Source of the DNA: Eledone cirrhosa
Lineage: Eukaryota
Length of the DNA: 64,000 nucleotides
Reading direction: 5' to 3'
Assembly (NCBI GenBank): GCA_964016885.1
Contig: OZ024747.1
Coordinates: 19,034,001-19,098,000, forward strand
The position numbers were made by a program, and so were the translations under genes. Under the pieces are notes generated by a model. The model worked only from the letters and a program-made list of their open reading frames with translations, was not told the origin of the DNA and did not search any database. This document shows positions 61,654 to 64,000 of the stretch, piece by piece. Each line of letters starts with the position of its first letter. Position 1 is the first letter of the stretch.

Positions 61654-63750
61654 TTATAGAGTGAATTGACAGGAGGTCTGTCATTTTACTCGATAATATA
61701 ATATTTAACTCCATTCCCGCACCACCAGCAGGATTCAACATCAAAGATGGATGAGTTGCATAACATTGAGTGCTTTCCCACTATTACATCATGATTAACA
61801 TTGCAGAATGACCAATTCTACCCAGTGGTGAACCACTAAATTTAAACACACACACACATATATACATACATATATTTGTGAGAGAGATTTTCTTTAGTAA
61901 TATATGATTTACAATCGTTATAGATGAAAAACAACACTAGTATTGAACTGTGAAGGGTTATTAGTTTGATTAGGATTACACCTGTGATGATTGACTTAAT
62001 TGATGTGGTCTTAATGACCTACTATTATTCTTGTTAACAACTATGGTCAGTTGTGACAAAAACACTTGCGTTTTATTTTGTGAAGACTGATTAAAGAGGA
62101 GCACTTAAAAGATAAGTGTATTTGTATTAGAGTGCATGTGTGTATAGGATTTCTGATAATGTGTGATTCCATTTCATTCTGAGAAAACTTGATATATCTT
62201 TATATTGTTCATGGTATGGGGGTTCTATATAGATGTATGTGTGTGGTGTGCCAATTATTGTTTTAAAAATATTATGTTCTGTTTGAAAACAATTATCTGG
62301 ATAAGTTTTGTCTATTCTCATTTAACTGGATAGACATCAGTTGGTTATGAGAATAGTTCTCATCTTGCATACTTCTAAGGAAAATTAGTTAATATTTGTT
62401 AATGGCATATTAGTCTTTTAACCCTTTGTAAGAAGTTTGGTGACTTTTCTGGCATTACTTTAAAAAAAAAAAAAGCTGGGTATCAGTGGAATCGAATGTA
62501 GTGTGCAAGACAGAAGACTATACAATGATTGATGGGCAAAAAAGAGCCACTAAATTGTAGTGGAAGAAATCTGCTATAGAGGGAGGCCATGAAAGATCTG
62601 GACAGAAGTTATGAGAACTGATCTCAAGTCGCTGAAGCTCACAAAGGAGATGACAAAGGACCACAATGAGTGGAGAGATGCTCTGCTAGGAAAGACCTGG
62701 CCAACCCATGCAAAAGCAGATGTAAAACGCTGTTGACATTATCCCAAATGAATTAGAAAAACTGTTTTCAGAATTCCATCAGAGAACAGATTGTTGCTGT
62801 GGGTTAGCAGCTCCAATTTGGCCCAGACTGATTCAACATTTCATTCATAACTAGTCAACCCCAGTACTTGATTGGTACTTTATTTTATCGTCTTCAAATG
62901 GATGAAAGACAAAATTGACCTCCGTGATATTTGAACTCAGAACGTAAAGAACCAATTCTGCCAATCCATCACACTTTTTTTTTTTTAAAGAGATGCCTGC
63001 AAGGAAATTAGTGCCAGTAATATATCAATTATGAGGCATCATGGCAATGAAATTAATGTGTTGGACTATGAAGAACATGGTCAGAAGTTCAAATCTTACT
63101 TCTGCCGTTCTGTCCCTCAGAGCAAAAACAACACTGCTTCTACTTCACATTTTAGTGGTTAAACAATGGATTAAAAAAATGTTTATGTTTTTTCTTATAA
63201 ATTGGTGCAGTAAGTAAACCATGAACATGTCACCGATACAAGCTTAAAAAAAAAAAAGAGAAAGATGATGGGGTAGATTGAGAGAATTATGTCTTGCAGT
63301 ATTTAGTTACAGCTCTTTATATTTTAAGTACAAATCCTGCTGATGTCAATTTTGCCTGTCATCCTCCTAAGGTTGATAAAAAGTACCAGTAATACACTTG
63401 ATTGATTAATTCCCTCTCAATAAAGGCCTTGTGCCTATATTAAATACAATGTTCTTATTTGTATGGATTGAGGCAGTGAAGTAGCAAAGCCATTAGAATG
63501 TTGATAATCGTTCTGGTGTTCAAATCCCAGATGTCAATTTTGCCTTTCCTCATTTTGAGGTCAATAAAAACAGTACTAGTTCTGTACTGGGGTCAATTCT
63601 TTTACATCTGTCTCTCTCTCTGGAAGAAATTGGCAGTGTTCAGACCTGGAGAGGGAGAGGTTTTGCCAGGTTTAAAATGCCCAAGTCACACCGTGTGTCA
63701 ATACAGCACCCTTACAATTCCATCGGTGGGTCTCTCTCTCATATATATAT

Positions 63751-64000
63751 CATCATCATCAACGTTTAACGTCCGTGTTCCACGCTTGCATGGGTTTGGA
63801 CGGGGGTATTCCCACTTGAGGCAAGAGTGATTGTCTTGCTCGCATAGGACTCTCTGGCAGGTTTTCTACAGTTGGATGCCCTTCCTAACACCAACCACAT
63901 TTACAGTGTGGGTCTGGGAGGTTTTTACCGTGTTGCCTACACGGCCACATTACAGCGTGGACTGTGTTTTTTTGTCGTGACACCTACACGATCTCATTTG
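63751..64000 (-). mobile_element. RTE 3'UTR/Ceph-domain element, running off the right edge
   Basis: High identity by eye to 10932-11180. Confidence 0.8.

Overview
AT-rich, repeat-dense animal genomic DNA. The repeat complement (tRNA-derived SINEs with a Meta-like core, Ceph-domain/RTE tails, RTE LINEs, very long (TA)n tracts) suggests a coleoid cephalopod, probably Octopus; this is an inference. Three spliced protein-coding genes lie in tandem on the minus strand. SNX3/SNX12 has its last 3 coding exons at 46807-58523, with the first exon beyond the right edge. INTS10 is complete, with 17 exons at 23114-40755 (691 aa by my exon assembly) and a clear U12-type minor intron at 24193-24928. DCAF6 has its first 6 coding exons at 1019-19265 and continues past the left edge. 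Most ORFs in the supplied track are microsatellite or transposon noise. Introns and spacers hold decayed RTE, CR1-like, Ingi/Vingi-like and HERO retrotransposons, a mariner relic, TTAA-type (piggyBac-like) MITEs and a non-autonomous Helitron inside a five-level nested insertion. The least expected signals are minimal type I hammerhead ribozyme motifs (best at 42325-42371 and 28134-28197) and a recurring class of foldback/palindromic inserts attached to (TA)n tracts. One foldback carries an unidentified GC-rich 620-bp cargo. These two signals together point to a Penelope-like/retrozyme family targeting TA microsatellites, or alternatively to templated foldback repair at TA tracts.
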